Shown piece by piece: positions 31,580 through 43,807 of a DNA stretch of 64,000 nt (positions are counted from its first letter, which is position 1; each line of letters starts with the position of its first letter). Below the pieces are notes generated by a model. It ran no database searches. It was not told the DNA's origin and saw only the letters and a list, made by a program, of their open reading frames with translations. The position numbers and the translations under genes were made by a program. Origin of the DNA: Candidatus Latescibacterota bacterium (GTDB lineage Bacteria; Krumholzibacteriota; Krumholzibacteriia; WVZY01; JAKEHA01); the NCBI GenBank assembly GCA_963707635.1, contig OY970173.1, positions 1,984,001 to 2,048,000 on the forward strand, given 5' to 3'.

Positions 31580-32647
31580 CTACGGCCCGGTTTCCGCACT
31601 GGCAAGCCTTTTCCCGACGTGCGAGGCGAGCAACGCCTCCTCGACCACGCTGCGGGAATCGAGGGATGTGGTCTTCAGCTTCAAGTCCGCCCAGCGCAGG
31701 TTGGCGAGCAAGGTCTCGAGTGCGGCGGGGGTGGTCTTCGCGGCCTGCTCTCGCAGCCGCGCGGCGAAAAACGGGCTGGTGGTACTCGCGATGTGCTCGG
31801 CGAGCGCGCGGTCGGAACCGACCGCACGCCCGCGCTCGGCCACGACGCGCTGCACTTCCATCAGGTTCACGACCCGGCGAAGCAGCATCGCCACCAGGAA
31901 CACCGGCTCCTCCCCCGCGTCCACCAGCGACGCGAGGCGTGTGAGCGTCGTCGCCGGCGGAGACGTGCCCGCGCCGTCGAGCAGCGAGAACAGACTCTCC
32001 GTGCGATACCTCCCCACCACCGCCGCGACCACGTCGCGGGTGACACTGCGCGTGTCCGCTGCCGCCAGCAGGATCTTGTCGATCTCGTTGGCGAGGTCGA
32101 TCATCTGCGTTCCGACCGACTCGATCAGCAGGTCGAGCGCGTCGGGGTCGACGCGGTAGCCCTCGCGCTTGCAGCGGGCCAGCACGCGCTCCAGGGTTTC
32201 CGCTTCGTCGAGCGGGGCGAACGCGAACTCGACGCCGTGCCGGAGCGCGACTGCGGCCAGCCGCTTGTGGGCCGCCGTCTCCAGCTTCTCGCTGGCGGAT
32301 TCGATCACCAGCACCAGGCCCTCCGGGATCTTCTCGGCGCGCTCCACCACCCGGTCGCGGTTCGACGGGGAGAGCGTATCGAAGCCGCGGAGGATCACCA
32401 ATCGCCGGGCCGCGAAGAGCGGGAACGCTTGCAGGCGATCGTCGAAGGCCTGCGCGTCGAATTCATCCCCGTGGAGGATGTCCAGGTTGAAGGTGCGGTC
32501 GCCCTCGGGCAGCACCGCCTCGATGAGCTTGCGCGTGAACTCCCGCTTCATATGTTCTTCCGAGCCGTGGATGAAGTAGAGCGGGCGGACCCGTCCGTTT
32601 GTGACGTCGTCGAAGAGCTTTCGGTACGCGCTGAGCCGCCCGGCCAT
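31580..32647 (-). CDS. holA: DNA polymerase III delta subunit
   Basis: PLYFIHGSEE, FNLDILHG, PLFAARRLVIL, NEIDKI, ADLKLKT. Confidence 0.92.
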   Translation of the reverse strand: MAGRLSAYRKLFDDVTNGRVRPLYFIHGSEEHMKREFTRKLIEAVLPEGDRTFNLDILHGDEFDAQAFDDRLQAFPLFAARRLVILRGFDTLSPSNRDRVVERAEKIPEGLVLVIESASEKLETAAHKRLAAVALRHGVEFAFAPLDEAETLERVLARCKREGYRVDPDALDLLIESVGTQMIDLANEIDKILLAAADTRSVTRDVVAAVVGRYRTESLFSLLDGAGTSPPATTLTRLASLVDAGEEPVFLVAMLLRRVVNLMEVQRVVAERGRAVGSDRALAEHIASTTSPFFAARLREQAAKTTPAALETLLANLRWADLKLKTTSLDSRSVVEEALLASHVGKRLASAETGP

Positions 32648-33143
32648 GGGTCACCAGTCCTGGACGGTCAGGTTGAGGATACGCTCGGTGATCTCGCGGA
32701 TGGACTCGTTGATCGCGTCGTCGATCGTGCGCCCTTCCCCGACCTGCTCCACGAAATAGGACCCGTCGCCCTGGAACGCGCGGTCGCGCCAGATGGGCTC
32801 GTTCTGGCGCCGGTTGTACAGCGTGGCCACCACCCGGATCACGACGTGGTACTCCTCGGCGTTGAGTTCGCTGTTGAAGGAAAACGGCTGGTTACGAAAC
32901 TCGACGATCTGTCCCTCGAGCACCGCATCGGCGCCGTCCTCGGGAACCACCTTGAGCGTGTTGTCGGTGACGAGGTTCTGGATGACGCGCTCGGTCACGG
33001 AAATCTCGAGGTTCGGTTCCGAGGTCTTGTTCTCGAAAAAAGGCACGTAGATGGTCCGGATGTCCTTCGCGGTGCGGGAGGTCGTGCTGTAGCCGCACGC
33101 CACCGCCAGCGCGAGCAACGCGGTCGCGCACGCCGGCGCGACG

Positions 33144-34577
<1,434 letters not shown>

Positions 34578-36632
34578 GGTGCACCTGCTTTACGGGTAAA
34601 TAGACCGAGAACGTCGTCCCCACGCCGTACTCGCTATCGACATAGATATAGCCTCCGTGGCGCTCGATGATACCGTGCGTCACATAGAGTCCCAGCCCGG
34701 TGCCGCCCGCCTTCTTGGAAAAGAACGGCTCGAACACGCGCTGCCGGTCCTCTTCGGTGAGGCCCAACCCGTTGTCGCGCACACGGATAATAGCAAAATC
34801 ACCCACCCCGTCAAACAGAACGTCCGGCACCTCCCGGGCGAAGGTGACCGCTATCCCAACCTCGGCGCCCGGCGCGCTGGCCTCGATGGCGTTTTTCAGC
34901 AGGTTGATCAGCACCTGCGTGATGCGGTCGGCGTCGACCACGATGCCGCGCGGCGTCTCGGGGAACTCGGTGAGCACGGAAACCCCCTTGCGCTTGGCCA
35001 GTTCCGCCATGCTGGCGATGCTGTTGCGGGTGAGGAGCTCGAGCGAGGTTTCCTCGTAGATCAAGTCGCTGACCCGCACCACGCTCATCAGGTCGCCGAT
35101 CAGGCGATCGATACGCTTGACCTCGTCGAGGATGAAATGAATGTTCTCCCGCTGGCTGTCCGCCACCTGCCCCGCCCGCTGCAGGTACTGGATCCCGGCC
35201 GCGATCCCGGTGAGCGGGTTGCGGATCTCGTGCGCGATGCTGGACGAGAACCGCCCGAGCGCCGCCAGCTTGTCGAGCTGCGCGATCTGTTCCTCCATGC
35301 GCTTCTGCCGGGCGATGTCGTTGAACACGGCCAGCGCGCCCTGCGGTTGCTTCTTTTCGTCGAAGAGCAGCGAGGTATTGAGCAGGATGGGATCCTTGGC
35401 GCCGCCGTTCTTGAGCAGCCACGCCTCCTGCTGGAAGGCCTTGCGTCCGGTTCGCAGCGTGCGCATGACCGGATTCTCGCCGGTGCCGACGGGGCTGTCG
35501 AGGATCAGCGCCTCCACGTGGCGGCCGCGCAGTTCCGACTCCGAGTAGCCGGTGAGCGCCTGCGCCCGGTGGTTGGCAAACAGCACCGCGCCCCGTTCGT
35601 CGACGGTGATGAGTCCGTTCATCATGCTGTTGATGACGTCGTCGCGGAAGCGCTCCTCCTGCTGCAGTTCCGTGAACAGGCGGTTGTTCTCGAGCATCGT
35701 GCCCAGCTGGACGGCGAGGGTTTCCACCGAGACCAGGTCGACGCGGCTCAAGGAGGCGGCCTTGAAGCCGTCGGTCACGCCGAGCAGGCCCAGCACCGGC
35801 ACGCGCCCGCAGCCGGGGCACACGTAACCGTGCTCGATCGACCACGCCTCGCGCTGGACCTGCGTCGTCTGCAGGATGCAGTCGGGACGATTCGCGCAGC
35901 CCTGGGTGGCCCCGCTCTTGACGAGTGGCACGACGATGTAGGACGTCATCGTGCTGTCGCGAAACAGCGACTGGCCTTCGACGGTGCCCACCGGGTGCAT
36001 CTGCGGATCGCGGATCAGCACCGACTGGTGCATCTGCACCGACTTCTTGAGCAGGCCGTCCAGGCCCGCCAGTGGCAGGCGTGCCTGCTGGTGGATGTGG
36101 CCCTCCGGGGTGTCACGAAACACGTAGATGTTGAACGCCTCGGCCTCGGGGTCGTAGAGGCCGACGAACAGCTCGCGGTACCCGAGCCCCTTGGACAGGA
36201 AATTAATGACGGCGTCGACCACCTTCGACTCGTCGAGCGACGACACCAGTGTGAGCCCGATCTCCTTGATGCTCAATAGCTGGATGTTCTTTTCGACCAG
36301 CTGGAAGTTCTTTCGCTCCAGCTCGGTCGCGACCTCCTTGAGGGCCTTGTAGACGGCGCTGCCGACGTCACCCGGCCGCACCTGGCTCAATTCCCCGATG
36401 GCGTCACCGTGGATCTGGCGAATGCCGTCGAGGACGCTCTGGTAGCGGGCGCGGACGGTGCGGGACTCGGCGACGACGTAGGCGATGGCGAGCGCGATCG
36501 CGACCGGGATGAACGCCCACCACGGGAGCACACGCGCGAGCGCGGCCACGCCGAGCGTCCCCAGCGCGATGCCGACGAGCACGCGGCGGCGCGGAATATA
36601 GCTGGCGATGGCCACCGGTCAGACCCCGCGCG

Positions 36633-37886
36633 TCAGCGGGCCTCGACACGGGGTTCGAGGTTCCAGCGCGACGGCAGGTATACCAGTCCCCAGCGCGCGC
36701 TCATTCCCCTTCCCCCCGTCCCGTTCAGGTTCGACTCCTCGACGTCGAGCGCGATGCAGTGCTCCAGGTGGTCGTACCACAGAGCGGTGCTCGTTATGAA
36801 CAGCGAGAGGTAGTAACGATTGGGCAGCAGGAAGAGGTCGTCGATCTGGAGGTCGACGGTCCCCTCGCCGGCTTCGAGCGTCGGGATGTAATAGCCCGAG
36901 TGCCAGGTGCTGATGGTCGCGATGCGGGTTCCCATGTCCGAGTGGATGGTCATTCCGAAGTGCGGGTCCTTGATGCGCTCCTGCGCGCGGTAGTGGAAGC
37001 GGGCGCGCAATGGTTCGCCGCAGCGGAAAATGGAGGTGGGAGCGCCCTCTTTGTCCAGGAAGTCGACGCGCGTGAAACGGACGGCGCCGTTGCCCCCGCG
37101 CCCGTCGACCTCCGCCAGGTCGTACCCGGCGCGCTGTGCCTCCGAAAACGTCCGCAGGTAGGACGCGATCACGTCGTCGGAGGGGCCGTCCATGTGCAGC
37201 TTGCCGGCGTCGATCCAGATCGTGCGTGGGCACAGGTTTTCGATCGCGGCCATGTTGTGGGAGACGAAAAGCACCGTGCGCCCGCCCGAGCGCATGTCGT
37301 CCATCGCGTTGAGGCACTTCTTCTGAAAATCGGCGTCGCCCACCGCGAGCACCTCGTCGACGAAGAGGACGTCGGGGTCCATGTGCGCCGCAACCGCGAA
37401 CCCCAGGCGCAGGCGCATCCCGGACGAATAGCGCTTGATGGGGGTGTCGACGAACTTTTCCACGCCGGCGAAGTCGATGATCTGATCGATGCGGGCGTCG
37501 ATTTCCCGCTTGCGCATGCCGAGGATCGATCCGTTCAGGTAAATGTTCTCGCGCCCGGTGAGCTCGTCGTGGAACCCGGTCCCGACCTCGATCAGCGACG
37601 CCACGCGTCCACGCACGCGCACGCGCCCGCTGGTCGGGTAGGTGATCTTGGAAAGTACCTTGAGCAGCGTGCTCTTGCCGGCGCCGTTGCGCCCGATGAT
37701 GCCGAGCACTTCGCCCTCGTTGACGCTGAAGGAAAGGTCGTTGAGGGCGAGGATGGTCGTCACCTCCCGGCGCTGGCGCCGAAGGGTGAACACACTGATG
37801 AGGGCTTCGCGCAGCATGGTCTCGTGCTTGAGGGACCCGAGACGGTACTGCTTGGTGAGGTGTTCGACGTGAATCGCTTCGCGCAA
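36633..37886 (-). CDS. wzt: Polysaccharide ABC transporter ATP-binding protein with Wzt C-terminal domain
   Basis: GRNGAGKST, YSSGMRLRLGF, VDEVLAVGD; TTG start after AAGGAG. Confidence 0.94.
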   Translation of the reverse strand: MREAIHVEHLTKQYRLGSLKHETMLREALISVFTLRRQRREVTTILALNDLSFSVNEGEVLGIIGRNGAGKSTLLKVLSKITYPTSGRVRVRGRVASLIEVGTGFHDELTGRENIYLNGSILGMRKREIDARIDQIIDFAGVEKFVDTPIKRYSSGMRLRLGFAVAAHMDPDVLFVDEVLAVGDADFQKKCLNAMDDMRSGGRTVLFVSHNMAAIENLCPRTIWIDAGKLHMDGPSDDVIASYLRTFSEAQRAGYDLAEVDGRGGNGAVRFTRVDFLDKEGAPTSIFRCGEPLRARFHYRAQERIKDPHFGMTIHSDMGTRIATISTWHSGYYIPTLEAGEGTVDLQIDDLFLLPNRYYLSLFITSTALWYDHLEHCIALDVEESNLNGTGGRGMSARWGLVYLPSRWNLEPRVEAR

Positions 37887-37897
37887 GGTCGATCTCC

Positions 37898-38704
37898 TTA
37901 GACGAGGTCGGCGAACGCTCGCTCGGCCCGGGCGAAGTACACGCTGGCCGCAGCGAACAGCGCCAGCGAAATCAGAGTGGCGATCCCGAGCAGCTGCCAG
38001 TCGACGGAGCGGGTCGGCAGCACCGCCGCGCGGAAGGCGTCGATGATGCCGACCAGCGGGTTGAGCCGGAGCACCGCCTGGTACTTCGCCGGCATGCTGC
38101 TGAACGGATAGATGACGGGCGCGAGAAAGAGCATCGTCTGCACGAAGAACGGGATGGTGTATTTGATGTCCCGGTACTTCACGTTCAGGGCGGAGAAGAA
38201 CATCCCGATCGCGGTGCTGAAAATGACCAGCGGGACCATGAACAGGGGCCACAGCAGCAGGCCGGCGGACACGGGCATGTGGTAGTAGAACATCATGCCG
38301 ATCAGCACCAGCGACGCAAAGGCGAAGTCGACCGTACCGCTCAGCGCCGAGGAAGCCGGAATGATCGCGCGCGGAAAGTACACCTTGCTGATCAGCTTCG
38401 AATTGGCGATCAGGCTGTTGCCGGAGAGCGGCACGGCGCCCTGGAAGTACGTCCATGGCACCAGCGCCGCGTAGCTGAAGATCGGGTACGGGACTCCCTC
38501 GCTGTCGATCTTGGCGACCCGCCCGAAGAAGAGCGAAAACACCACCATCATGAAGAACGGCTGCAGGACGGCCCACGAGGCGCCGAGCAGCGTCTGCTTA
38601 TAGCGGATCTTGACGTCCCGCCACACCAGAAAGAAAAACAGCTCCCGGTAGCGGACGAACTCGGAGAGCCACTCCAGCGCCTGCGGGCGGGCGATCGCGT
38701 TCAC
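37898..38704 (-). CDS. wzm: Polysaccharide ABC transporter permease
   Basis: RDVKIRYKQTLLG, LISKVYFPR, LNPL. Confidence 0.94.
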   Translation of the reverse strand: MNAIARPQALEWLSEFVRYRELFFFLVWRDVKIRYKQTLLGASWAVLQPFFMMVVFSLFFGRVAKIDSEGVPYPIFSYAALVPWTYFQGAVPLSGNSLIANSKLISKVYFPRAIIPASSALSGTVDFAFASLVLIGMMFYYHMPVSAGLLLWPLFMVPLVIFSTAIGMFFSALNVKYRDIKYTIPFFVQTMLFLAPVIYPFSSMPAKYQAVLRLNPLVGIIDAFRAAVLPTRSVDWQLLGIATLISLALFAAASVYFARAERAFADLV

Positions 38705-39360
38705 AGCACCACCTTGCGGCCGTAGAAGGCCTCCGCGCGCCGCGAGGGCGCGTTGCATTCCATGCCCCGCAGCCGCATCAGCGCCACGAAGGTTTCCTCG
38801 TCGAACCAGTGCTTGCCCGCCTGCGAGGCGAAGCACTCCATGAGAATCGCGACCTTGGCGCGCGCGTGTGCCTCCTCGAGCGGGACGTAGACGTTCGGCG
38901 TTCCCAGGTCGCCGTCCCACTTCGGAACCTCGTATTCCAGCACCAGGTGGTCCCGGAAGGTATTCCACGTGAGCTCGGACACCACCCGGTGGTCCTGGTG
39001 CAAATCGTCGCGGAAGTGAGTGAAGATCAAATCCGGTTTCACCCGCGCCTTGAGCTCTTCGAAGTAGGTCTTGATCTTGGCGTGCTCCGACGGGAAGAAG
39101 CCGTCGCGAAACTGGTGGAGCTCGACGATGCGCGCGCCGGCGGCGGCCAAAAAGCGCGCGGCGGCAGCCTCGGCCTCCTTCGCGCGCTCGGCGTGAGCGC
39201 TGAATACCACCCAGTGGACCGCGGCGCCCGCGTTGGCGGCCAGCAGGCGCAGCACCGTACCGCCGCAGCCGATTTCGAGGTCGTCGCTGTGGGCACCCAG
39301 ACAGAGGATGGACCTGGCCTGCTTGAGCGCGAGTGTGTTCATCGGCAGCCCCTGCGTCAT
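38701..39360 (-). CDS. PIG-L family deacetylase/hydrolase
   Basis: GAHSDDLEIGCGG, HQDH, FASQ, AEAF. Confidence 0.9.
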   Translation of the reverse strand: MTQGLPMNTLALKQARSILCLGAHSDDLEIGCGGTVLRLLAANAGAAVHWVVFSAHAERAKEAEAAAARFLAAAGARIVELHQFRDGFFPSEHAKIKTYFEELKARVKPDLIFTHFRDDLHQDHRVVSELTWNTFRDHLVLEYEVPKWDGDLGTPNVYVPLEEAHARAKVAILMECFASQAGKHWFDEETFVALMRLRGMECNAPSRRAEAFYGRKVVL

Positions 39361-40139
39361 CCTCGCTTCGGCGCCCACAGCGTCCACGGCGCCGTGTCGT
39401 GGGTGTACATCTCCTCGAGCAGCTGCCGTTCCTTGAACGTGTCCATGGCCATGAAGAACCCGTCGTACCGGTGCGCGGTCAACAGTTTCTTTTCGATCAG
39501 GCGCTGGAACGGCTGTTCGACCAGCTCCTCACCCGGCTTCATATAGTCGAAGACGTCGCGGCGCAGCACGAAGTATCCGCCGTTGATCCGGATGTCCGCG
39601 TTGGACACGTGCGTGATCTCGCTCACGCCGCGGGTGCCGTTCATGGAAACGATGTGGAAACTCTGGCTCGGCCGCACGCACAGAAAACTGGCCACCTGCT
39701 TCTGCTCCGTCAATCCACGGATTACGTCGGGCAGGGGCGCGTCGGTGAGGTTGTCTCCGTAGTTGGCCAGGAACACCTCGTCGTTCTCGAGCAGCGCGCG
39801 TACCGCTTGCAGGCGTCCCCCGATGTTTGTGCTCATGCCGGTATCGACGAAGGAGATCTTCCAGTCGTGGATATCGCTGTTCGCCAGGTCGATCGAGCCC
39901 GCGCCGGAAAGCGTGAAATCGTTCGACAGGCATTCGTCGTAGTTCAAGAAGTACTTCTTGATCACGTCCGCCTTGTACCCGAGGCAGAGGATGAACTCCT
40001 TGTGGCCCCAATGGGCGTAGTACTTCATGATGTGCCACAGAATCGGCCGGTAGCCGATGGGCACCATGGGTTTGGGAACGTCCTCGGAATACTCGCGAAT
40101 GCGCATGCCGAGCCCTCCGCAAAACAAAACCACCTTCAT
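39357..40139 (-). CDS. Glucose-1-phosphate cytidylyltransferase-like (RfbF family)
   Basis: CGGLGMR, PKPMVPIG, VDTG, NYGD, INGGYF, MDTFKE. Confidence 0.9.
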   Translation of the reverse strand: MKVVLFCGGLGMRIREYSEDVPKPMVPIGYRPILWHIMKYYAHWGHKEFILCLGYKADVIKKYFLNYDECLSNDFTLSGAGSIDLANSDIHDWKISFVDTGMSTNIGGRLQAVRALLENDEVFLANYGDNLTDAPLPDVIRGLTEQKQVASFLCVRPSQSFHIVSMNGTRGVSEITHVSNADIRINGGYFVLRRDVFDYMKPGEELVEQPFQRLIEKKLLTAHRYDGFFMAMDTFKERQLLEEMYTHDTAPWTLWAPKRG

Positions 40140-40167
40140 ACGCGCCCCCATGTCATGGCCAGACCAT

Positions 40168-41268
40168 TCATGCCTTTGCCCACTCAACTCCCGCGCGACC
40201 GGCATCGCGCTCATACTCGGTCAGATCGTCGGCGGTGGTAATCGAAGCGGCTCCATAGTACTGTTTGTACCACCCAATCGTGCGGGCGAATGTGGTATCC
40301 GCGTTCCAAATGGGTTTCCAACCGAGTCGCGTGCGTGCCTTGGTTGAATCGAGCGTGAGGAACTGAGTTTCGTGCACCGCCTCGGGATCTTCCCGTATTT
40401 CATAACGAACTGCGTCCCAAAGCCCGCGTGCGCGCCCCACCACGCCTTCCACGGTTATCGACGACTCCGACGCCGGCCCGAAATTCCAGCAGTCGGCGCA
40501 TTCCACCCTTCCCTCGAGCAATTTCCAGCCCAGGTGCAGATAGCCGCTCAGTGACTCGAGGACGTGCTGCCACGGCCGGATCGATCGAGGGTTGCGGATC
40601 AGCACGGTCTCGCCCTTGCTGGCCGCTTTCATGATATCCGGCATCAACCTGTCCTCCGCCCAGTCGCCGCCGCCCACCACGTTCCCGGCCCGGGCGGTCG
40701 CCAGCAGGGTCGAGTGCGAGCCGCCGTACGTTGCGGGGTCAAGAAAGGAGCGGCGGTACGCGTGGGAGACCAGTTCGGCGCAACCCTTGGACGCACTGTA
40801 AGGGTCATCGCCACCCATGGGATCGTCTTCGGCATACCCGGTGAGGACCTCCTGGTTCTGATAACACTTGTCGCTGGTGACGTTCACGACTGCCTTGACC
40901 GTGCGCACCCGCCGGCAAGCCTCCAGGACGTTCACCGTGCCCATGACGTTCGTCTCGAAGGTCGCTACCGGATCCACGTATGACCGTCTGACCAGCGACT
41001 GCGCGGCCAGGTGGAAAACGATCTCGGGTTGATGCTTCTCGATGGTTGTGATCAGGCGCTGCTTGTCCAGGACATCGGCTGTGATCGAATGGATCTTGAG
41101 ATCGAGCAGTTCAAAATGACTCGGCCGCGTCGGTATGTCGAGCGAGTAACCGACCACGTCGGCGCCGAGCCGCTCCAGCCACAGGGACAGCCACGAGCCC
41201 TTGAACCCGGTGTGCCCGGTGACGAACACGCGCTTACCGCGATAGATGTTCCTGAACACGACACCCAC
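40168..41268 (-). CDS. rfbG: CDP-glucose 4,6-dehydratase
   Basis: TGHTGFKGSWL, TSDKCY, DPYSASKG, RAGNVVGGGDW, RPWQHVLE. Confidence 0.95.
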   Translation of the reverse strand: MGVVFRNIYRGKRVFVTGHTGFKGSWLSLWLERLGADVVGYSLDIPTRPSHFELLDLKIHSITADVLDKQRLITTIEKHQPEIVFHLAAQSLVRRSYVDPVATFETNVMGTVNVLEACRRVRTVKAVVNVTSDKCYQNQEVLTGYAEDDPMGGDDPYSASKGCAELVSHAYRRSFLDPATYGGSHSTLLATARAGNVVGGGDWAEDRLMPDIMKAASKGETVLIRNPRSIRPWQHVLESLSGYLHLGWKLLEGRVECADCWNFGPASESSITVEGVVGRARGLWDAVRYEIREDPEAVHETQFLTLDSTKARTRLGWKPIWNADTTFARTIGWYKQYYGAASITTADDLTEYERDAGRAGVEWAKA

Positions 41269-41285
41269 CCGCCGACTAGTACGCC

Positions 41286-42572
41286 CTACTCATACACGCG
41301 AACCTCGGGAATCGGGACGACGAACTTGCCACCCCAGTCGCGGATAAACGCCATTTGCTGCATGATCTCGTCCTTGAGGTTCCACGGCAGGATAAACACG
41401 TAGTCCGGCCGCGTCTCGCGAATCTTTTCGGGCGCGAAAATGGGGATGCGCGCGCCGGGGGTGTACGTGTTCTGCTTGTGCGGGTTGCGGTCCACCGTGT
41501 AGTCGAGAAAGTCGGTGCCGATTCCGCAGTAGTTCAAGAGTGTGTTTCCCTTGCCGGGCGCCCCGTAGCCGGCGACGTGCGCGCCGCGGCGTTTCGCGTC
41601 GATCAAGAATGCGAGAATGGCTCGCTTGGTCTCCTTCACCTTCTCGCCGAACGAACGGTAGACCTCGAGCGATTCCACGCCCCAGCGCTGCTCACGCGCC
41701 TTGAGATCGACCACCCGCGGGCTCACGGGGTCGCGGCCGCCGGCGTGACGGCCGAAGATCCGCAGCGAACCGCCGTGCGTGGGAAGCTCGACCACGTCGA
41801 AGAGCGTGATCCCGTGCACCGAGAATACCTTCTCCACGGTGGTGAACGAGAAATACGAAAAGTGTTCGTGGTAGATGGTGTCGAACTGGTTCTGGTCGAC
41901 GAGTCGCACGAGGTGCGGGAACTCCATGGTGATGACACCGGAGGGGTTCAGCATCGCGCCCATGCCCGCCACGAAGTCGTTCAGGTCGGGCACGTGCGCC
42001 AGCACGTTGTTCCCCAGCAGGAGGTCCGCGCCGCCGAAGCGCTCGCGCAGCGAGCGCGCCGACGCCGTGCCGAAGAACTCGACCACGGTGCGCACCCCGC
42101 GCTTGACCGCGGCCTCGGCGACGTTACCCGCCGGCTCCACCCCGAGGACGGGGATTCCCTGCTCCACGAAATACTGGAGCAGGTAGCCGTCGTTGCTCGC
42201 GACCTCCACCACCAGGCTCTGCGCGCCCAGTCCCAGCCGCGGGCCCATTTCCTCCGCGTACGCGCGCGCGTGGCGAAGCCAGGTATCCGAATAGGACGAG
42301 AAATAGGCGTATTCCTGGGCAAAGATCTCGGTGGGGGTGGCGTACTCCCCGAGCTGCACCAGCCAGCAGGCCGTGCATACGAGCGCGTGCAGCGGATAGT
42401 AGGTTTCGGGGTCGTTGAGCTGCTCGGGCTTGACCTGCTTCTGACAAAGCGGCGTCGTGCCGAGATCGGCGAACGTCTCGCGCAGCGTTGCCCCGCAGAA
42501 ACGGCACGTCAGGCCCACGCGCGCGAGCGCGTGCGGCGGCTGGCGGGCCGGCGTCGATGACGTGGGATTCAC
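41286..42572 (-). CDS. NDP-hexose C-methyltransferase-like SAM-dependent enzyme
   Basis: CRFCG and CTACWLVQL Zn motif, EVASNDG, DTIYHEH, HGGSLR, YGAPGKGNT, LPWN. Confidence 0.9.
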   Translation of the reverse strand: MNPTSSTPARQPPHALARVGLTCRFCGATLRETFADLGTTPLCQKQVKPEQLNDPETYYPLHALVCTACWLVQLGEYATPTEIFAQEYAYFSSYSDTWLRHARAYAEEMGPRLGLGAQSLVVEVASNDGYLLQYFVEQGIPVLGVEPAGNVAEAAVKRGVRTVVEFFGTASARSLRERFGGADLLLGNNVLAHVPDLNDFVAGMGAMLNPSGVITMEFPHLVRLVDQNQFDTIYHEHFSYFSFTTVEKVFSVHGITLFDVVELPTHGGSLRIFGRHAGGRDPVSPRVVDLKAREQRWGVESLEVYRSFGEKVKETKRAILAFLIDAKRRGAHVAGYGAPGKGNTLLNYCGIGTDFLDYTVDRNPHKQNTYTPGARIPIFAPEKIRETRPDYVFILPWNLKDEIMQQMAFIRDWGGKFVVPIPEVRVYE

Positions 42573-43807
42573 GGCTGATACCCCCGGGCCTGCTCGCCCG
42601 CCGCCGCGAGGCGGGTCGTGAAATCTTCTCCCAACCGGTCGCAGAGAGTGGCGGCGATTCGCTCCGTGAGCGCGTTCCAGTCGTAGGCACGAGCCACGCG
42701 GCGGCGCTCTTCGGCGCGCTCCGGGGTTCGCTCCGCCGGCGAAAGCGCCGCCTCGATCGCGGAGACCCACTGCCCCGGGTCGCGCGCGATGGCGACGACG
42801 TGCTCGAAGTCACGCAGCGTACGCAGATCGGCTCCGACCACCGGGCGCCCCGCTGCCAGGTACTCGTGCAGCTTCAGCGGGAAGATGTAGCGCGTATAGT
42901 CGGTCAGCGCGTAGCACAGCAAACACACGTCCATGTGCTGCGTGTAGGCCGGTATCTCGCGCACGGTGCGGTTACCGAGGTAGTGCACGTTCGGACGCGC
43001 CAGGAGCGCGTCCTTGTGGGGCGCGCTCGCGCCCATGTGCCCCACCGGCCCGACCAGCACGATGGACCAGTCTGGACGCCTGGCCGCGACCTCCGACAGC
43101 GAGTGCCAGTCGAGCTGCGACTTGAGTCGTCCGATGTAGCCGATGCGCGGGTGCGCGATGCGCGCGAGGTCGGGTGGCTCCGGAGCGGGCTGCGCAAAGG
43201 AGGCATAATCGACGCCGTTGGCCACGTAGCTGGTGTTCGGATTGATGCGACCCTTCTTCTCCAGGAGCGCGGGCGAGTGGACGAAGACCTGGTCGACGCG
43301 CTCGATCACGCGCCGTTCCGTCGCCGACAGGGGCTGTTCGACGTCCGAGAAGGAGTATTCGTCTGCGATGTGGTAGCAGCTCACGTCGTAGTCGGCCAGA
43401 TCCAGCACCTCCGCGAACTTGGGTTGCCAGAGGTAGAGAATGATCCGCTTGGCGCCGGCGCGCTCCAGGATGCGGCGCGCCTGGCGCAGGCGCGCCCGCT
43501 CGGCTGCGCGCCGCAGGGCGCCGGGCCGATAGAACTTGGGGAGCCACCGGCCGTGGTCGTACACGTCGAATCCGGTCCCGGGCGGCTGCGTCGGATCGAC
43601 CATGGCCGCCGGAGCGTGCAGCATCGACCGCAGCGGCCGCGGCGGATTATACCAGACTACCTGGAAATAGCGCGCGAGGCGAGTCAGTATCTGGTGGCGT
43701 GAGAGCCACATTCCGCCCCACCGTTCGGCGACAACCGCGATCACGCCGATCTCCGGGAGCGCAGGACCCGCGGGGCTGGTTGCCGGCGGCGCCGGTCCCA
43801 CGGTCAC
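42569..43807 (-). CDS. GT-B glycosyltransferase (TuaH-like)
   Basis: SRHQI, NGVD, PRIGYIG, PLKLHEYLAAGRPVV. Confidence 0.88.
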   Translation of the reverse strand: MTVGPAPPATSPAGPALPEIGVIAVVAERWGGMWLSRHQILTRLARYFQVVWYNPPRPLRSMLHAPAAMVDPTQPPGTGFDVYDHGRWLPKFYRPGALRRAAERARLRQARRILERAGAKRIILYLWQPKFAEVLDLADYDVSCYHIADEYSFSDVEQPLSATERRVIERVDQVFVHSPALLEKKGRINPNTSYVANGVDYASFAQPAPEPPDLARIAHPRIGYIGRLKSQLDWHSLSEVAARRPDWSIVLVGPVGHMGASAPHKDALLARPNVHYLGNRTVREIPAYTQHMDVCLLCYALTDYTRYIFPLKLHEYLAAGRPVVGADLRTLRDFEHVVAIARDPGQWVSAIEAALSPAERTPERAEERRRVARAYDWNALTERIAATLCDRLGEDFTTRLAAAGEQARGYQP

